A stretch of 64,000 bases of DNA from Paramecium tetraurelia (lineage: Eukaryota), in assembly GCA_000165425.1 (NCBI GenBank), contig CT868640.1, positions 67,142 through 131,141 of the forward strand, read 5' to 3'. Below are positions 24,750-39,511 of the stretch, piece by piece. Positions within the stretch are counted from its first letter, which is position 1. Every line of letters starts with the position of its first letter. The notes beneath the pieces are model-generated. The model was not told where the DNA came from. It saw only the letters and a list, made by a program, of their open reading frames with translations, and did not search any database. Position numbers and translations under genes: made by a program.

Positions 24750-27700
24750 ATGTCACAGAATGATCTTGAACTGAAATCCCAAGATGAAGCTCCTCAAGGA
24801 CAAAGTTTTGTAGAAGAGAATCTTAATATAAACATGTCTGATTAATAACAACCAAATTCTCCAGATTTGGATAAGGGATCTCCTGATCATGTTAATCAAA
24901 ACGTGTAGGATATTAATGATGATTAAAAAGATCTAAATGGAGGCTAAATCAATCTGCAATTAAAACTTAAGTCTGCTAGTGTTGATAGTAAAAGATAAAT
25001 AATATTTAGATTACGGTCCCATTTACGTGAGAAAATAATTTTTGGAGCACTAGGACATTTATGATTTAGAACAATTGTAGTGGAAGTATGATCCTCATGA
25101 TATTTTATCTGTTAATTTTATGCGTAAGCATGGATACGCAAATTTGTTTGCTTGGATGACGGAATAGGGAATTCAAATGAGTGAGACAGATCCCCCTAGA
25201 TTAGAACCTGATGCTTTTGATCCAGATTTCGTGTACTTTTTGAAACTGCCACATCCTTAAGAAATGATAATAAGTGAGGAAAATGTTGCTGAGTATGTCA
25301 GTGATGGTGTTGTAAATATCAATTACTTGAAGACATTGTTGAAACAAATGAATGCTTAATTCATACCATAATTTATTTAGGATTCCTCTTGGCCTGAAAA
25401 TGTAAAAAAAGAGTTCTTGGCTTAATTACACAAATTCATGGCAACACTCACAGAGTTTTCCTTCAGTCAAGAAGGCATTACTGAGTTGTATATCCCAAAT
25501 GAAGACTTGAATAATATTGAGTAGGCTTCTCATGACAAAGACTTGTTGTAAAGATTGGAGGCAATCTTATTACATTGGTAGAGACAAATCAAAGACATTG
25601 TGAACAATTAGGAATTGGCTATTGAGAATGAGAATGCAGGTCCACTTGATGAGATAGCTTATTGGAGATAAAGAAAAAATAATTTGTCACACATTCATGA
25701 ATAATTGGAGAAGCCAGAGTTGAAAAGAATCATCCAAATATTGAGTGATAGTCAATATGTCTAGAGTTTCAAGGATGTTACTGAGAATATCAAATTGGGA
25801 TCCAGTTAAGCAGAGGATAACTTAGAAAATCTAAAGATTCTGTATGAACCTTGCAAATAGTTGGAGACAGCTACACCCAGGGAGATCCCAGAATTACTCC
25901 CTAATTTGTTGTTCAGAGTGAGATACATATGGGAGAAGTCTAAATACTTTAATACTCCGGAGAGGATATAAGGATTGATACATAAAATTTCTAATGAGAT
26001 CATTAAGAGATGCAAGTCCAGTATCAATATCAATGACATGTTGGATGGTGATGTGGAATAATGCATTTAAGATTTGAATGATTCAATTGAGTGTGGGGAA
26101 CAATGGAAGAAGATTTACTAAAGAATGTCAGTTGCTATTGAGAAGATGTCATCATTGACTAAAGGACCTAAATGGGATTTCAACAATTCTATATTTGCTT
26201 AAGTGGATGCCTTCATCTCTCGTTGCAAAGAGTTATTGGAAATATGTGAAGGATAATTGCAATTTGCCAGAAAAGGAGCAGGCAGTCACATTCCACAATT
26301 TGGGGGCAGCAAGGGTCAAGAGATTGAAGATAATCTTGAATAAATAAAGGATAGTTTTTCAAAACATTTGAAACCCATCAGAGACATTCGTAAAACTGAC
26401 AAGGATAAGATATTAGATGTGAAAGCTTCTAAGTGGCATGATGTCTTCAACGCATTTCGTAATGGAGTTAAGGATTTGGATGTTATGTATACCAATATTA
26501 TTAATAATGCCTTTGAGAGTATGACAACAGTTCAATAAGGAGTTGAGTTGTTAGAAGCATTTGATTAATTGGCTAAAAGACTATCGATCAAGAGAGTTGT
26601 TCAAAATAAGGCTATAGTAGTCTTAGAATTGTTCATCTAGGAAATTGATGCAACCAAACATGAATTTGATAATATTAAGAAACTATAGTATTACCCTTTA
26701 CAACACGGCTCATTTTCTGGATAGGCAATTTGGGTTAATTCATTGAGTCATAGAATCATGAGAATGAGATATTGGATTGATTAGATGTACTTCATTGAAG
26801 ATTCGATTAAGAGGACAGCAATTGAAAAATTTGAATAGTTATCATCGAATCTGAAACAGTTCATCATAGAATCCAGACTCAAGGAATGGAAGGAAGACAG
26901 CAAAGATCTTGAAGACATAGTTTTGACTACTAGATTAGACAAGCAGGTATTATTGAGAACAGATGAGAAACATCCAGATTTTTAATATAAGAAGGAGTCT
27001 TTGAGACCTAAGATTGGCCATTTAGAAAGCAATTTCGATAGGCAACTATTAAAATTGTTGCATGAGACTTCATCTTGGTAGAAATTGATAGCTGTTGGTG
27101 TTGTTATTCCAAGTTACGCTAATGATTTTACTTAGAATCACAAGGAGAGTTTGAGAGTGCTCAGAGAGTTGGTGATGTTAGTGGTCAGAGAATACAACAA
27201 CATTATTGACTATATGACTGAAACTGAGAAGAAATTGTTTGCTCAACATTTGGAGACTGTCAATAAGGTAATATAACCATTGGCATCTCGTTTGAGATGG
27301 AGTGCAAAGACAATCATTGATAGTTAAGTTAGGGATTGTCGGAGAGCTTGTTAAGAGATGTTCTTGAAATTGAAGATGTTCAAGACCAATATGGACAAGA
27401 TAGATGGTAAATGCAATGAGATTGCCAATAAATTGTTGATTAAGATAGATCGTAAGAAACAATATGATCACAAATCCTTCGAGGAGGAATAAGAGAAACA
27501 TAGAAGAGATATGTATTAGAAGTTGAAATAAATATTTGATGAAATAAGGAAGATATTGTCTGAGACTTATGATCCATTTCTGTTTGATAGAGTTGAGGTC
27601 TAAACTGTTTGGTTGAAGTAGGTGAAGTCCATAGATTACAAGATCAAGGAGAGTTATGAGAAAGCAGTAAAGAATTCATTGATTGATTTGTAAAAAGTAA

Positions 27701-30700
27701 TTGGTTCAGAGGATGGTAAGATCACTCCAGTGCCCATCTTCAAATTATCAGTGGAATTGGAGAATCAGTAACAAGAGTATCGACCATCTACAAACTATTT
27801 GAAACAGATGGTCTCTTAAACTTGTGAATATATGAGAGAAATCATGAAAGATTTTAAGAGCATGGATGAAGTCATGAAGGAGGAGAGAAAGAAGAAATTG
27901 GATGAAGCAATCTTATTAAACTCTAAGGACTCCAAGAATCCACAAGCATAAAATATTAGGAGAATGAGTGAAATATCTTAAGTGTAATAATTGGAGTAGG
28001 AGACTCAGATATCAATAAGGAGTCTAGATAACGAATAGAATATCAAGATCAAAAACGATAGCGATGGTTTGATTCAGAAAATCAATAGTAAATTGAGCAA
28101 GACTTGTGATGCATTGAATTCAGTAGATGCTCACGGCTAATGGAAACGTTACGATTGGTATTGGTAATAGGCAAATTAGAAGGAGAAGTTTATTAAGGAC
28201 AATGATCAACAGAAATGATCCAATCACTAACATCAAAACTCAATTAGAAACCTTTGATTTACATTAAGGAGAAATTCAGCAGTTGGAAACCACAAAAACC
28301 CAAGATTGCATCATCTTGGATAACACTTCAATTAAATCTACTTTGATTGATATTATGATCTCTTGGTAGAATGCCTTCTTGAATGCCACTTAGGATAAAG
28401 CATTGCAAGATTTGAATTAATTATATTCACTATTCCAGACCTCAGAAACCAATTTGGACATTGTACCTTAAGATTTGTAACAATTGAAGAAGAGCAGTGA
28501 CCTTTGGAATAAGTTGAATGAGGATAGACCATCCATTGAGGCCAAATTAGGACCATTGGAAGATAAGTTTAAGTTGTTGGAAGATTATTCAATACAATTA
28601 AAAGATGATGATATTACAAGAAAGAACAATTTAAGAAACACTTGGGCCAATTTCAATGTGATGTTGGATAGAATCTAAGAGAGAAATCGTAAAGTGCACA
28701 ACAATTTGTACTTGGAGACTCAGAAGAACTTGGATGAATTCATCAAAGAAACTGGAGATTACAAGATTGTGTTTTAGAGTAATGCTCCATATCAAGCAAC
28801 CAATATGCCTCATGAAAAGGCATTATTGAATTTGAATGAATATTCTGAACAAGTTAAGCAATATCGTAAGAAAGAGGAATCCATGAAATTTGGTTTCGAT
28901 TTGTTTAAATTCAACTATGTTCCATCTCCAGATTTGGAATTCATGGAGAAGGAGATTGCACAATTATCATACATTTGGCGCACAAAGGAAGAATGGGATT
29001 AATTCATTAAGGATATTGGAAGCACAGCTTTCAGAGATGTCAATTGTGACAATTTGGATGAAAATGGTGATGATTATTTGAGGAAATTGAAGGCCTTGCC
29101 AAGAGAATAGCAGAAGTGGGAAATTGTTAATCATATGAAGCAAATTATTGATTAATTCAAATAGACACTTCCTCTGATCATCATGTTGAGAGAATAATAC
29201 ATGAGAGACAGACATTGGGATAAAATGAGATAACATCTAGGAACCAACATTGAACCAGATAGCAAAGACTTCAACATGGCTGAAATATTCAAATTGAATC
29301 TATTATCCTATGGTGAAGCTGTTAAGGATGTGTGTGAAGTAGCTAAGGAAGAATTCAAAATTGAAAACGCTTTGGATAAAATTGATTAGAGATGGGCTAA
29401 ACTTGAATTGGAAATGGACACTTTCAAGAAGACCTACAAAATCAAGAAGACTGAAGAGATCTTCACTATTTTGGAAGATCATATGGCTGTTTTGAGTGCT
29501 CAGAAGACAACTGCCTTCTATGATTCATTCAAACCCACAATTGAAAGATGGGAGAATTGCTTATAACAAATCTCAGAGACTTTGGAAATGTTGTCCATAG
29601 TTTAGAGACAATGGATTTATTTGGAAGCCATCTTTGCCACTCAAGAGAAGGAGTCTGAAAAACAATTGATGGGAGATATCAATAAGTTTGCAGCAATCAA
29701 TTCCTAATTGTCAGGTCACATGAATCGTATCTATGAGGATAAGAATGTCAAGAGATCACTGTCATATGAAGGTTTCTATTAAGAATTATGTACAATGAAT
29801 TAGAAATTGGATGAGAGTCAAAAGATCTTGTATTAATTATTGGAGAAATAACGTAAGGATTTCCCCAGATTCTATTTCTTGTCCAACGATGACTTGTTTG
29901 AATTATTGGGAAACTCCAAAGACGTGTTCAAAGTCAATAAGCACATCAAGAAGTGTTTCGAAGGTATCAAGAAATTCGATATCCTCACCCAATAATACTA
30001 GACTGGAAGAGCCAAATAAGATGTCTATGAAGTCTAAGCCATGGTTGCCCCAGATGGAGAAGTTGTTAAGTTCACCACCAAAGTCCTTTGTGATTCTCAA
30101 CTAGAGAAATGGCTTGGTTAGGCTGAGAAGACCATGAGAGATGTACTCAAGAAGGAATTGTTCTCCACAATGTAGAGTATAAAGAAGAAAGAAGGAATGC
30201 GTTGGGTTGATAAATGGGTCAAGGAACATCCTGGATAATTGTTAATTACTGCCAGTCAATTGACATGGTCGGGTGATTGTGCCAATGTGTTAAATTAGAT
30301 CTATAATTCTGAAAGACCAGAGAAGAATAGAGGCTGGAAGGCTATCAAGGATGAGAAGTAATCATTCATCTTGGAATTGACCAAATTGATTCGTAAACCC
30401 AGTAACGAGGTCGATAGATTGAAATTGGTTGCTTTAATTACAATTGAGGTGCACCAGAAGGAAATCATTGATCATCTCACAAAGAATTGTCAATCTCCGC
30501 ATTCTTTTGAATGGTTGAAGTAATTAAGATTTACAGGTACAGCCGTCAATGATATATTTGAATGTAAAGTTGAATAGGCTAATAGCAGTTTTGCTTATGG
30601 TTATGAATATTAAGGCAACAATGGTAGATTGGTTGTAACTGCTTTGACAGATAGATGTTACATGACTTTGACAACAGCTATGCATTTGAAAAAAGGAGGT

Positions 30701-33700
30701 GCTCCTTAAGGACCTGCTGGTACTGGTAAAACAGAAACTGTTAAGGATTTGGGTAAGAATATGGCTAAATTTGTATTGGTTTTCAATTGTTCAGAAGGAT
30801 TGGATTACAAGAGTATCGGTAGAATGTTCAGTGGATTAGTGCAAGTAGGTGGTTGGGGTTGTTTCGATGAATTCAATCGTATTGAAGTGGAAGTGCTATC
30901 AGTTGTTGCATAACAAGTGAGTCAAATAATGAATGCATTGAAAGAATACGAAAAGAATAAGGAGAAGTCATCTTTCCAATTGGATTCAGATGTTATACCC
31001 ATCAATGATCAATTTGCCATTTTCATCACAATGAATCCTGGTTATGCTGGTAGATCAGAACTTCCAGACAACTTGAAGTCTCTGTTCAGACCAATTTCTA
31101 TGATGGTTCCTGAAAATGAAATCATTTGTGAAATCATGCTTACATCAGAAGGATTCAAGACTGGACATGCTCTCTCCACCAAGATGGTTACACTTTATAG
31201 ATTGATGATCCAACAATTGTCTAAACAAGATCATTATGATTTTGGTCTAAGAGCCATCAAGTCTGTTCTCAATTGTGCTGGTTAAATCAGAAGAGATAAA
31301 TCAAATGAAATCCAGAAAGTCAAGTAAGATGAGAATGCCAGAGAAAATCAGAAAGAAAGTGAGATTGACGAAGCCAATCAAGAGACATAGATTCTTATGA
31401 GGGCCATTAGAGACATGAACATTCCAAAATTCGTTTCTGAAGATGTGCCATTGTTTAATGCTCTTTTCAACGATCTATTTCCAAATGTTGATTTGTAAGA
31501 GTAAATAAATGAAACATTGTTCAATGAAATTGAAACCCAGATGAGAAATCTCAAATTACAAACAAGAGTAGAACACATCAACAAAATCATCTAATTGTAT
31601 GATTCTAAGAATACACGTCATGGTAATATGCTTGTAGGTCAATCTTTGGCAGGCAAGACTACATGTTGGAAGGTATTGAAGAATTGTTTAAATTCATTGA
31701 ATGAAAGAGAACCCAACAAGTATCCTAAGGTGAAGATTGAAGTGTTGAATCCAAAGGCTGTTACCATCAATGAATTGTTTGGTTATGTAAATTCAACTAT
31801 GGAGTGGAATGATGGTGTGTTATCATCCATGATGGCTCGATTATGCAAAGATGAAACTCCAGATCAAAAATGGATGATTCTGGATGGACCAGTCGATACA
31901 CTTTGGATTGAATCTATGAATACAGTGTTAGATGATAATAAAGTATTGACCCTATTGAATGGTGATAGAATCTCATTACCTCCATAAATGGGATTGATTT
32001 TTGAAGTGGAGAATCTGGCAGTCGCCTCACCAGCCACAGTCTCAAGAGCAGGTATGGTTTATTTGGACATAAATGATCTCGGATGGAGACCCTATATTGA
32101 GAGTTGGGTTGAGAAATTGACTGATCCTTTGGTTTAAGAAACCATCTTTGAATTCATAGAGAGATGGATTCCCAAACTCTTCAAACAGAGAAAGTGGTGC
32201 AAGGAAATCATTCCATGCAGTGAAACCAATGTCATTATCTCTTTCTGTAATTTGATGGATTGTTTCTTCAAGAGTGAAAAGCAATTGTCTATGGACATCC
32301 AAAACAAGAGTGATGTCTATTGGACCCTCCTTGAAAAGTGGTTTACATTTGGATTGGTGTGGAGCGTAGGAGCCACTGTAGATGAAGATGGTCGTCGTAT
32401 TATTGACTAATAGATGCGTGATATTGATTTGATCTTCCCCAGTCAAAATACAGTCTATGATTTCTTTGTAAACAGTGATAAAAATGAATGGGCTTCATGG
32501 GATGAAAAGTTGGGTACTGGTCAATGGAAACCTGAAAATAATAGTCCATATCACAAAATGCTTGTACCTACAACTGATCAAGTCAGAAACAAGAACATCA
32601 TCACCAGATTACTCAGTAACAAAAACGCTGTGTTGGCTGTAGGATTGACAGGTACTGGAAAGACTGTGTTATTAAATGGAGTACTCCTTTAGATGTTTGA
32701 ATACACTACTATGAACATTGTGTTTTCAGCACAGACTTCCTCATAGAAGACTCAAGATATGATTGAAAGTAAATTGGTAAAGAGATCTAAAAATAAGATG
32801 ATTCCTGATGGCAAGAAAATGATCATCTTTATTGATGATCTCAATATGCCCAGAAAGGACATTTATGGAAGTTAACCTCCTCTTGAACTTATTCGTCAAT
32901 GGATGGATTATGAAGGATGGTTTGATCGTACTAACAGAGAGTTGTTCAAATTCATTTTAGATATTCAATTCGTATCAGCTATGGGACCTCCAGGTGGTGG
33001 TAGAGCTGAAATCTCAACCAGAATTCAAAACAAATTCCATGTCATCAATTTTGTTGTGCTCTCAGATCTCCAAGTCAAGAGAATCTATTAATCCATTTTG
33101 GCTTATAAATTTTAAGAATTCGAAGATGAAATCAAATTACTCATTGAACCCATTGCTTAAGCCACTTATAACTTATTCTAGATGGTCACCAATAACTTTT
33201 TGCCTACTCCTGCCAAATCTCATTATGTCTTCAATATGAGAGACATCTCCAAAGTCATTCAAGGAGTCTACTAATTAGACAGATTGTATTGTGATAACAA
33301 AATGACTGTACTTAGATTGTGGGCACATGAATGTTTAAGAGTATTCCATGATAGACTCATTAGTGTTGAGGACAGATAATTATGCAAATAATTGATCAAT
33401 GATCAACTGGTCTCATGTCTCCAAACCACCATCAAAGAATGCACTAATGAAAATGAAGATGACACAGTCTTTGCCAATTTCATGGAAGAGAGTGGAGGTA
33501 AATACATTGAAGTGACATACAATGACAGAGAGAATTTGAAGAAATTCTTAGAGGAGAAATTAGTATAATTCAACACTGATAATAAATCGAAGGCCATGAA
33601 CATAGTTCTCTTTTAAGAGGCTGTCCATTACATTTGTAAGATCAATCGTATCATTAATTTGGGTAAAGGACACGGAATGCTTGTTGGAGAAGGTGGTGCT

Positions 33701-36700
33701 GGTAGACACTCACTCACAAAATTAGCCACTCATATTGCAGAATACAAGAGTTGGTAGATTGAAGTCAGTAAGAATTACAGAATGAAAGAATTCAGAGAAG
33801 ACATCAAAAAATGGTGTGAAGAGGCAGGATTTAAGGGAGTCTCTGGAACCTTCATTTTTAGTGACAATCAAATTGCTAATGAGGGATTCATTGAAGATAT
33901 CAATAACATTCTCTCTGTGGGGGAGGTACCCAATCTATTCAGTCAAAAGGAAGATTATCCTTAGATCAAAGACAGAGTCAGAAAGCATTATAGAGAAGAA
34001 AACAAATTAGACAAGGATGCTAAAATCTAAGAGGAAGACCTCATCGAATATTTCTTCACCAGAATTCAAAATAATTTCCATCTCATGATTTTGATGAGTA
34101 AGACCGGAGAGAATCTAAGAAATTATTGTCGTATGTATCCAGGTTTGGTCAATAATACCACTATGATTTGGTTTATGCCATGGCCAGAATAGGCTTTGGT
34201 TGAAGTGGCCAACAGATACTTGTTACAATTAAAGTTGGACGATGAATTAACTGCTAACATTGCTAAGTTCTTTGGAACTGCTCATACCAAGGTACTCTCT
34301 TTGAGTAATAGAATGTTCCAAGAATTAAAAAGAATCTACTATGTTACACCCACTAATTATATTGAATTGGTCAAAGGTTATAATGATTTGTTGGAGAAGA
34401 AACAAAATGAAATTGGTGGTGAAGTTCGAAAACTCACTTTGGGATTGTAGAAATTAGATGATGCAGCAGCTAACAGTGAAGAATTGTAAAAACAATTATC
34501 CATTTATCAAATTGAATTGGCAAAGAAGAGTAAGGATTGTGAAGAGTTGATGATCAAAATAGAGAGTGAATCAAGAGATGCAAATGAGAAATAAGTGGAA
34601 GTGGAAACCAGATCTGCTCAAGTGGAAAAGGAAAAAGCTGAAGTAGAGACTCTGGCAGAAGAAGCATAGAAGGATTTAGAAAAAGCAGAACCTGCATTGA
34701 GAGCAGCTGAATAAGGATTGGAATAATTAGATAAATAACAATTGGCTGAAGTCAGAGCTTACAGTAAACCTCCTAATGGTGTTGATAATGTCTTGTAGGC
34801 TGTCATGATTATCATGGGTAAAGAGGCAACTTGGGCAAGTGCCAAGAAGGAAATGACTGCTCCTGATTTCTTGTAACAATTGAAGAAAGTCGATAAAGAT
34901 CACATCATGAATAAGACTCTAGTTAGAATTGAGAAAATCACAAGCGATCCTGATATGCTTCCTTCCAAGATTGATGCCATTTCAGTTGCTTCTGGTACTC
35001 TTTGGAGATGGGTCTTGTCATTGGAAATGTATGCCAAAGCATTTAAGGACATTGAACCCAAAAGAGCCAAAGTCAAGCATTTGAGAGAGAAATTGAAGAA
35101 GAGTGAAGATGAATTCCAATAATTGCAGGAGAACTTCTAGATTTTGAAGTAGAGTATTGAAAAATTGAAGACAGATTTGTAGAGAGCAAAGGATGATATG
35201 GAAATGTATACCAGAGAAACTTCAGTGTTGGTTAATAAATTGGAAAGAGCAGAAAAGTTGATATCAGGATTGGCAAGCACAAAAGAGGGTTGGGCTATTA
35301 GAAGAAAGGAATTGCAAGGAAAGCTTGAAGTCTTGGTTGGAGATGCCTTAATGACAGCTGCATTCTTGAGTTATGCAGGTCCATTCCCATCTGAATATAG
35401 ACAACAATTTGTTGCTGAATAGTTAATTGGATAAGTCAGATACTTAAAGATCCCATATTCTAAAGATTGGAATTTCCCTGATTTCCTTGTTAAGCCTGTT
35501 CAATTTTTTATAATGGAGTCAATAAGGATTACCAGATGACCAATTTTCTAAAGAAAATGGTGTTCTAGTCACTTAAGGAAGAAGATGGCCATTGATGATT
35601 GATCCACAAGTCTAAGCCAATAATTGGATTAAAAATATGGAAAGAGCCATCAACAAGAATAATATTAAAGAGTTAGATCCATAGAACGAAAAGATGATGA
35701 GCATAATTGAAACAGCTATTGCAAATGGATAGATTGTGATCTTAGAAAACATGGGAGAAGATTTGGATCCTTCTTTGGAACCAGTCTTGAATAAATAATT
35801 GAGAACAGTCAACAATAAGTTAATGATGTACATGGGAGAAAAAGAAATATTGTACAATCCTAATTTCAGATTCTACATGACTACTAAATTGGCTAATCCA
35901 AAATATAAGGCTGAAACCTAAACAAGAGTCACCTTAGTCAATTTCACAGTGAAATAAAAAGGTCTCGAAGAATAATTGATTTCAGTTGTCATTCAAATTA
36001 TGGAAGCCTAATTAGAAAAGAGTAAGAACGATTTGGTCAATAAGAAATCTTAAAATGAGATCACCTTACGTAAATTGGATGATGATATTTTGAAAATGCT
36101 CTAGGAAATCAAAGGAAGTTTGATTGATGATGAAAATCTTATTGTCACCTTAGACAAATCTAAGGAAACTGAAGAAGAGGTCAAGAAGCAAATTGAAACC
36201 TCAGCTGTTTCAATGAAGAAAACCTTTGCAGCAAGAGAAAACTATCGTTCATTAGCCAGAATTGCATCCAAATTATTCTTTGTTTTAAATGATTTTTCAC
36301 TTATTGATCACATGTATCAATTTGCCTTGTCCAATTATATTGAGTAATTTGGTGAAAATATCAATACATATTAAAGCAGAGGAGCATCCATAAATGACTC
36401 TTTGTAAGAGAAATTATCAGATATTGCAGCTAGACATTCTGAAGAGATATTCAAAACTGCATGCCGAGGGTTATTCGAGAAAGACAAACTCTTGTTGGCC
36501 ATTTAAATGGCTGTAAACATCACAAGTGAATTGAAGAGTTAGATTACAATTGATTTAGAGGAGTACAACTTCTTCTTGAGAGGTGGGGATCCAAATGCAG
36601 ATAGAAAGAATCAACCTCACAATCCAATTTCAGATTGGGTCACTGAACAATAATGGTAATCCATTTGTGATTTGGATAAATTACCAAACTTTACTGGTAT

Positions 36701-38906
36701 CATCAATGCCTTCACTCACAATGGTAAAGAATGGAAGAAGTGGTATTTGAGTCCAACCCCAGAATCAGATTCATTGCCAGGAGAATGGGATCAAAAATGT
36801 GACAGTCTTAAGAAGATGATCTTACTCAAAATAATCAGACCTGACAGAGTTCTATTGGCAGCATAAGCATTTGTTAATGCAACCATGGGACAATTCTATA
36901 CCTAGCCACCTGCAACTACTTATGATTCAATTTACAATGACACCACCAAAAATAAGCCTGTGATATTCATCTTGTCTCCAGGTGTTGATCCCTATCATTA
37001 ATTGGAGCAATTTGCCAAGATGAAGGATTGCTAGTTGTTACCAGTGTCCTTGGGTTAAGGCTAAGCTTAAAAGGCTATAGATAAACTATATGAAGGTAGC
37101 AAGGCTGGTCTATGGGTGTATTTGGCAAATTGTCATTTGAGTTTGAGTTTCTTGAAAGAATTAGAGAAATGCATGGAAACTCTGAGGTAATCAGATGCCA
37201 CAAATGAAAAGTTCAGACTATGGTTGAGTTCTGCTCCTCATCCAAAATTCCCTATTAGCATACTTTAAAAGTGTTTAAAGGTGACAACAGAACCACCTAA
37301 AGGAGTAAAGGCTAATATGAATAGATTGTACACCAATATGTCATAATCAAAATTTGATCCATAAATTCTTTCATAGTAGAAATTGACCAATCAATTACAT
37401 TATATGAAATTAGTGTATTCACTTTGTTGGTTCCATAGTTTAATTATTGAACGTAAGAGATTCAAATCTATGGGATGGAATGTTATCTATGATTTCAATG
37501 ATTCAGATTGGGAAACTGCTGATAATATTCTTTTGATGTATGTTGATTAGACATAACATGATAGCAAACACAATTAACAACAATAATAATAATAACTTGG
37601 ATAACAATAATAAGATTAACCAGTATAGAAGAGTCCTCCTTGGGATGCAATCAGATATCTAATAGCTGATGTTATCTATGGAGGTAGAGTGACAGACAAG
37701 TATGATTAAAGATTGTTGAAGGTCTATGCTAATAGTTTCTTCTAAGATAAGATTATTTTCGAAGAGAAATATAAATTGGTTGATAATTCTTAATATTATT
37801 ATATTCCAGAGGAATTCAAACCAAAAGAAAGCAAGAATGATAAGATTAGCAATCATGTATTGTTCTACAGAAGTAAGGTTGAAGATTTCCCTCCAGTGGA
37901 GAGAGCTGAAGTGTTCGGCTAACATATTAATGCTGAAATATCCTCATAGATTGCTGATACAAATGCTCTTATCGATTCTATCATCTCATTATCACCATAA
38001 TCTGTGAAGGCTGGTGAAGAATCCATGGAAACCAAAGTTTAGAAACTCATCCAAGAAACCTTAGGCAAAGTTCCAGAGGAGATTGATATGCAAGAAGCAA
38101 TTGAGAAAGTCAGACCTGGAGATCAAAATCCATTGAAAATAGTGTTGATGTAAGAAATTTCCAGATACAATAAATTATTGAATACAGTCAGAACTTCACT
38201 CATTAATTTAGACAAAGGTCTCAGCGGTCTAGTGCTTATTTCAGAAGATCTTGAAACCATCATGCACAGTCTATTTGATAACAAAGTTCCTCAATAATGG
38301 AAATTCTGTTATAGCTCCTTAAAACCCTTGTCAAGTTGGATCATTGATCTTGAGAAGAGAGTAGCACAATTGAGAAGTTGGATCAAATAATAACCTAGTG
38401 TCTTTTGGATTCTCTGGATTCTCATTCCCTACTGGATTCACTACGGCTTTATTACAATAGAGTGCCAGAAAGGTCAATACTCCAATTGATCAATTCGGAT
38501 GGGAATTCTCATTCCTTCCACATGGATCTGAACCTCAGGCTGCCAAAGATGGTGCATACATTCATGGTTTATTCCTTGAAGGAGCAAAATGGGATGAAAA
38601 GAACTATATAGTAGATGCTGAACCCATGAAATTACACGATTAAATGCCAATCGTCCTATTCAAACCAGTCAGCCAAGAAGGCAAAAGCAAAACAAAGAAA
38701 GGTATAAAGTCATCATATATTTTTACGGTTAAAACTTTTATTTGTGTCCCACCTATTATTATCAAGTACGTTGTGGTGTCATGGAAAGACCATCTTATCA
38801 GTTTGATGTTATGTTACCTTGCAAACCTAATCCAGGCCAAGCCTCAAATGAAGAAGACTTCTGGATTAAAAGAGGCACTGCTTTACTAATGCAATTATCA
38901 GATTGA
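24750..38906 (+). CDS. DNAH2: Axonemal dynein heavy chain, inner-arm I1/f beta (DNAH2-type); three apparent +1 frameshifts
   Basis: N-terminal DHC tail ([10 protein letters not shown]), [15 protein letters not shown]1 [20 protein letters not shown]2 [11 protein letters not shown]3 [11 protein letters not shown]4 GEGGAGRHS, stalk/[14 protein letters not shown]-terminus [24 protein letters not shown] is DNAH2-like. Introns at 24988-25009 and 38702-38727. Confidence 0.93.
37575..37619 (+). repeat. Poly-Gln tract encoded by mixed TAA/CAA codons inside dynein
   Basis: TAA CAA CAA TAA TAA TAA TAA CTT GGA TAA CAA TAA TAA GAT TAA = Q7-LG-Q4-DQ. Confidence 0.8.
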
Positions 38907-38914
38907 TTATAATT

Positions 38915-39499
38915 ATGCAAAAAATCAAAAATATTTATCAACAACCTTCTTCTATCAATCAGGATTCACATTACTTTTTAAGACCAAAACACTCTGCTTT
39001 GCCATCTATGTTAGAACCATTCTAAGATATCAAATTGAATTATCGACTACCTAAATTGAGCAACTCATATAATCAATCATCTTCAGAAGAATAAAAAACT
39101 AAATCATCTCATTCCCACCTATAAAAACTGTCATCAAATAGATACCTAAGCAAATTTGTTAGATCAACTACCATTGAAGAACCAATCTTAAAAAAAAACC
39201 AAGAAATTATCCAATCATGTGATTTAAAGATTAAAGAACATAAAAAATAACTAGCCAAAGTCTATATGAAATTGTAAGCCAATTAAATACTATATCGCAA
39301 TTATTTACATTAAGAATTATAATAGGAATCTACCTAAAATTATAAACCGCAAGTTGGATTTCAGGAAAATAGCTTCAATTTTTATAATTATTAATAGCCA
39401 CAACCTAAGGCTAATAATATACTCCAATCATAATAATTAATGCATTTTAGATAATAATCAAAGAGATTCAGAACCAATTAATCTGTGTAAGATAAATGA
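38915..39499 (+). CDS. Hypothetical protein (194 aa)
   Basis: 585-nt intronless ORF, MQKIKNIYQQPSS...RFRTNQSVQDK-TGA. It starts 8 bp after the dynein stop. Confidence 0.6.
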
Positions 39500-39511
39500 T
39501 TATTTAATTTT

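Noticed and set aside
25806..37925. Minus-strand ORFs in the supplied track within the dynein gene (e.g. 27178-27501, 32042-32446)
   Set aside because: These are antisense shadows of the dynein CDS with no recognisable motifs.
28191..38415. Euplotes-type programmed +1 frameshifting
   Set aside because: The sites lack a shared AAA-TAR motif, and TAR is a sense codon in this organism.
28159..38730. Retained IESs as the explanation for the dynein frameshifts and the odd last intron
   Set aside because: At the two sites examined in detail (about 28197 and 38702-38727) there was no TA-bounded segment with both a frame-restoring length and TAYAG-like ends. Single-base deletions restore conserved sequence at all sites.
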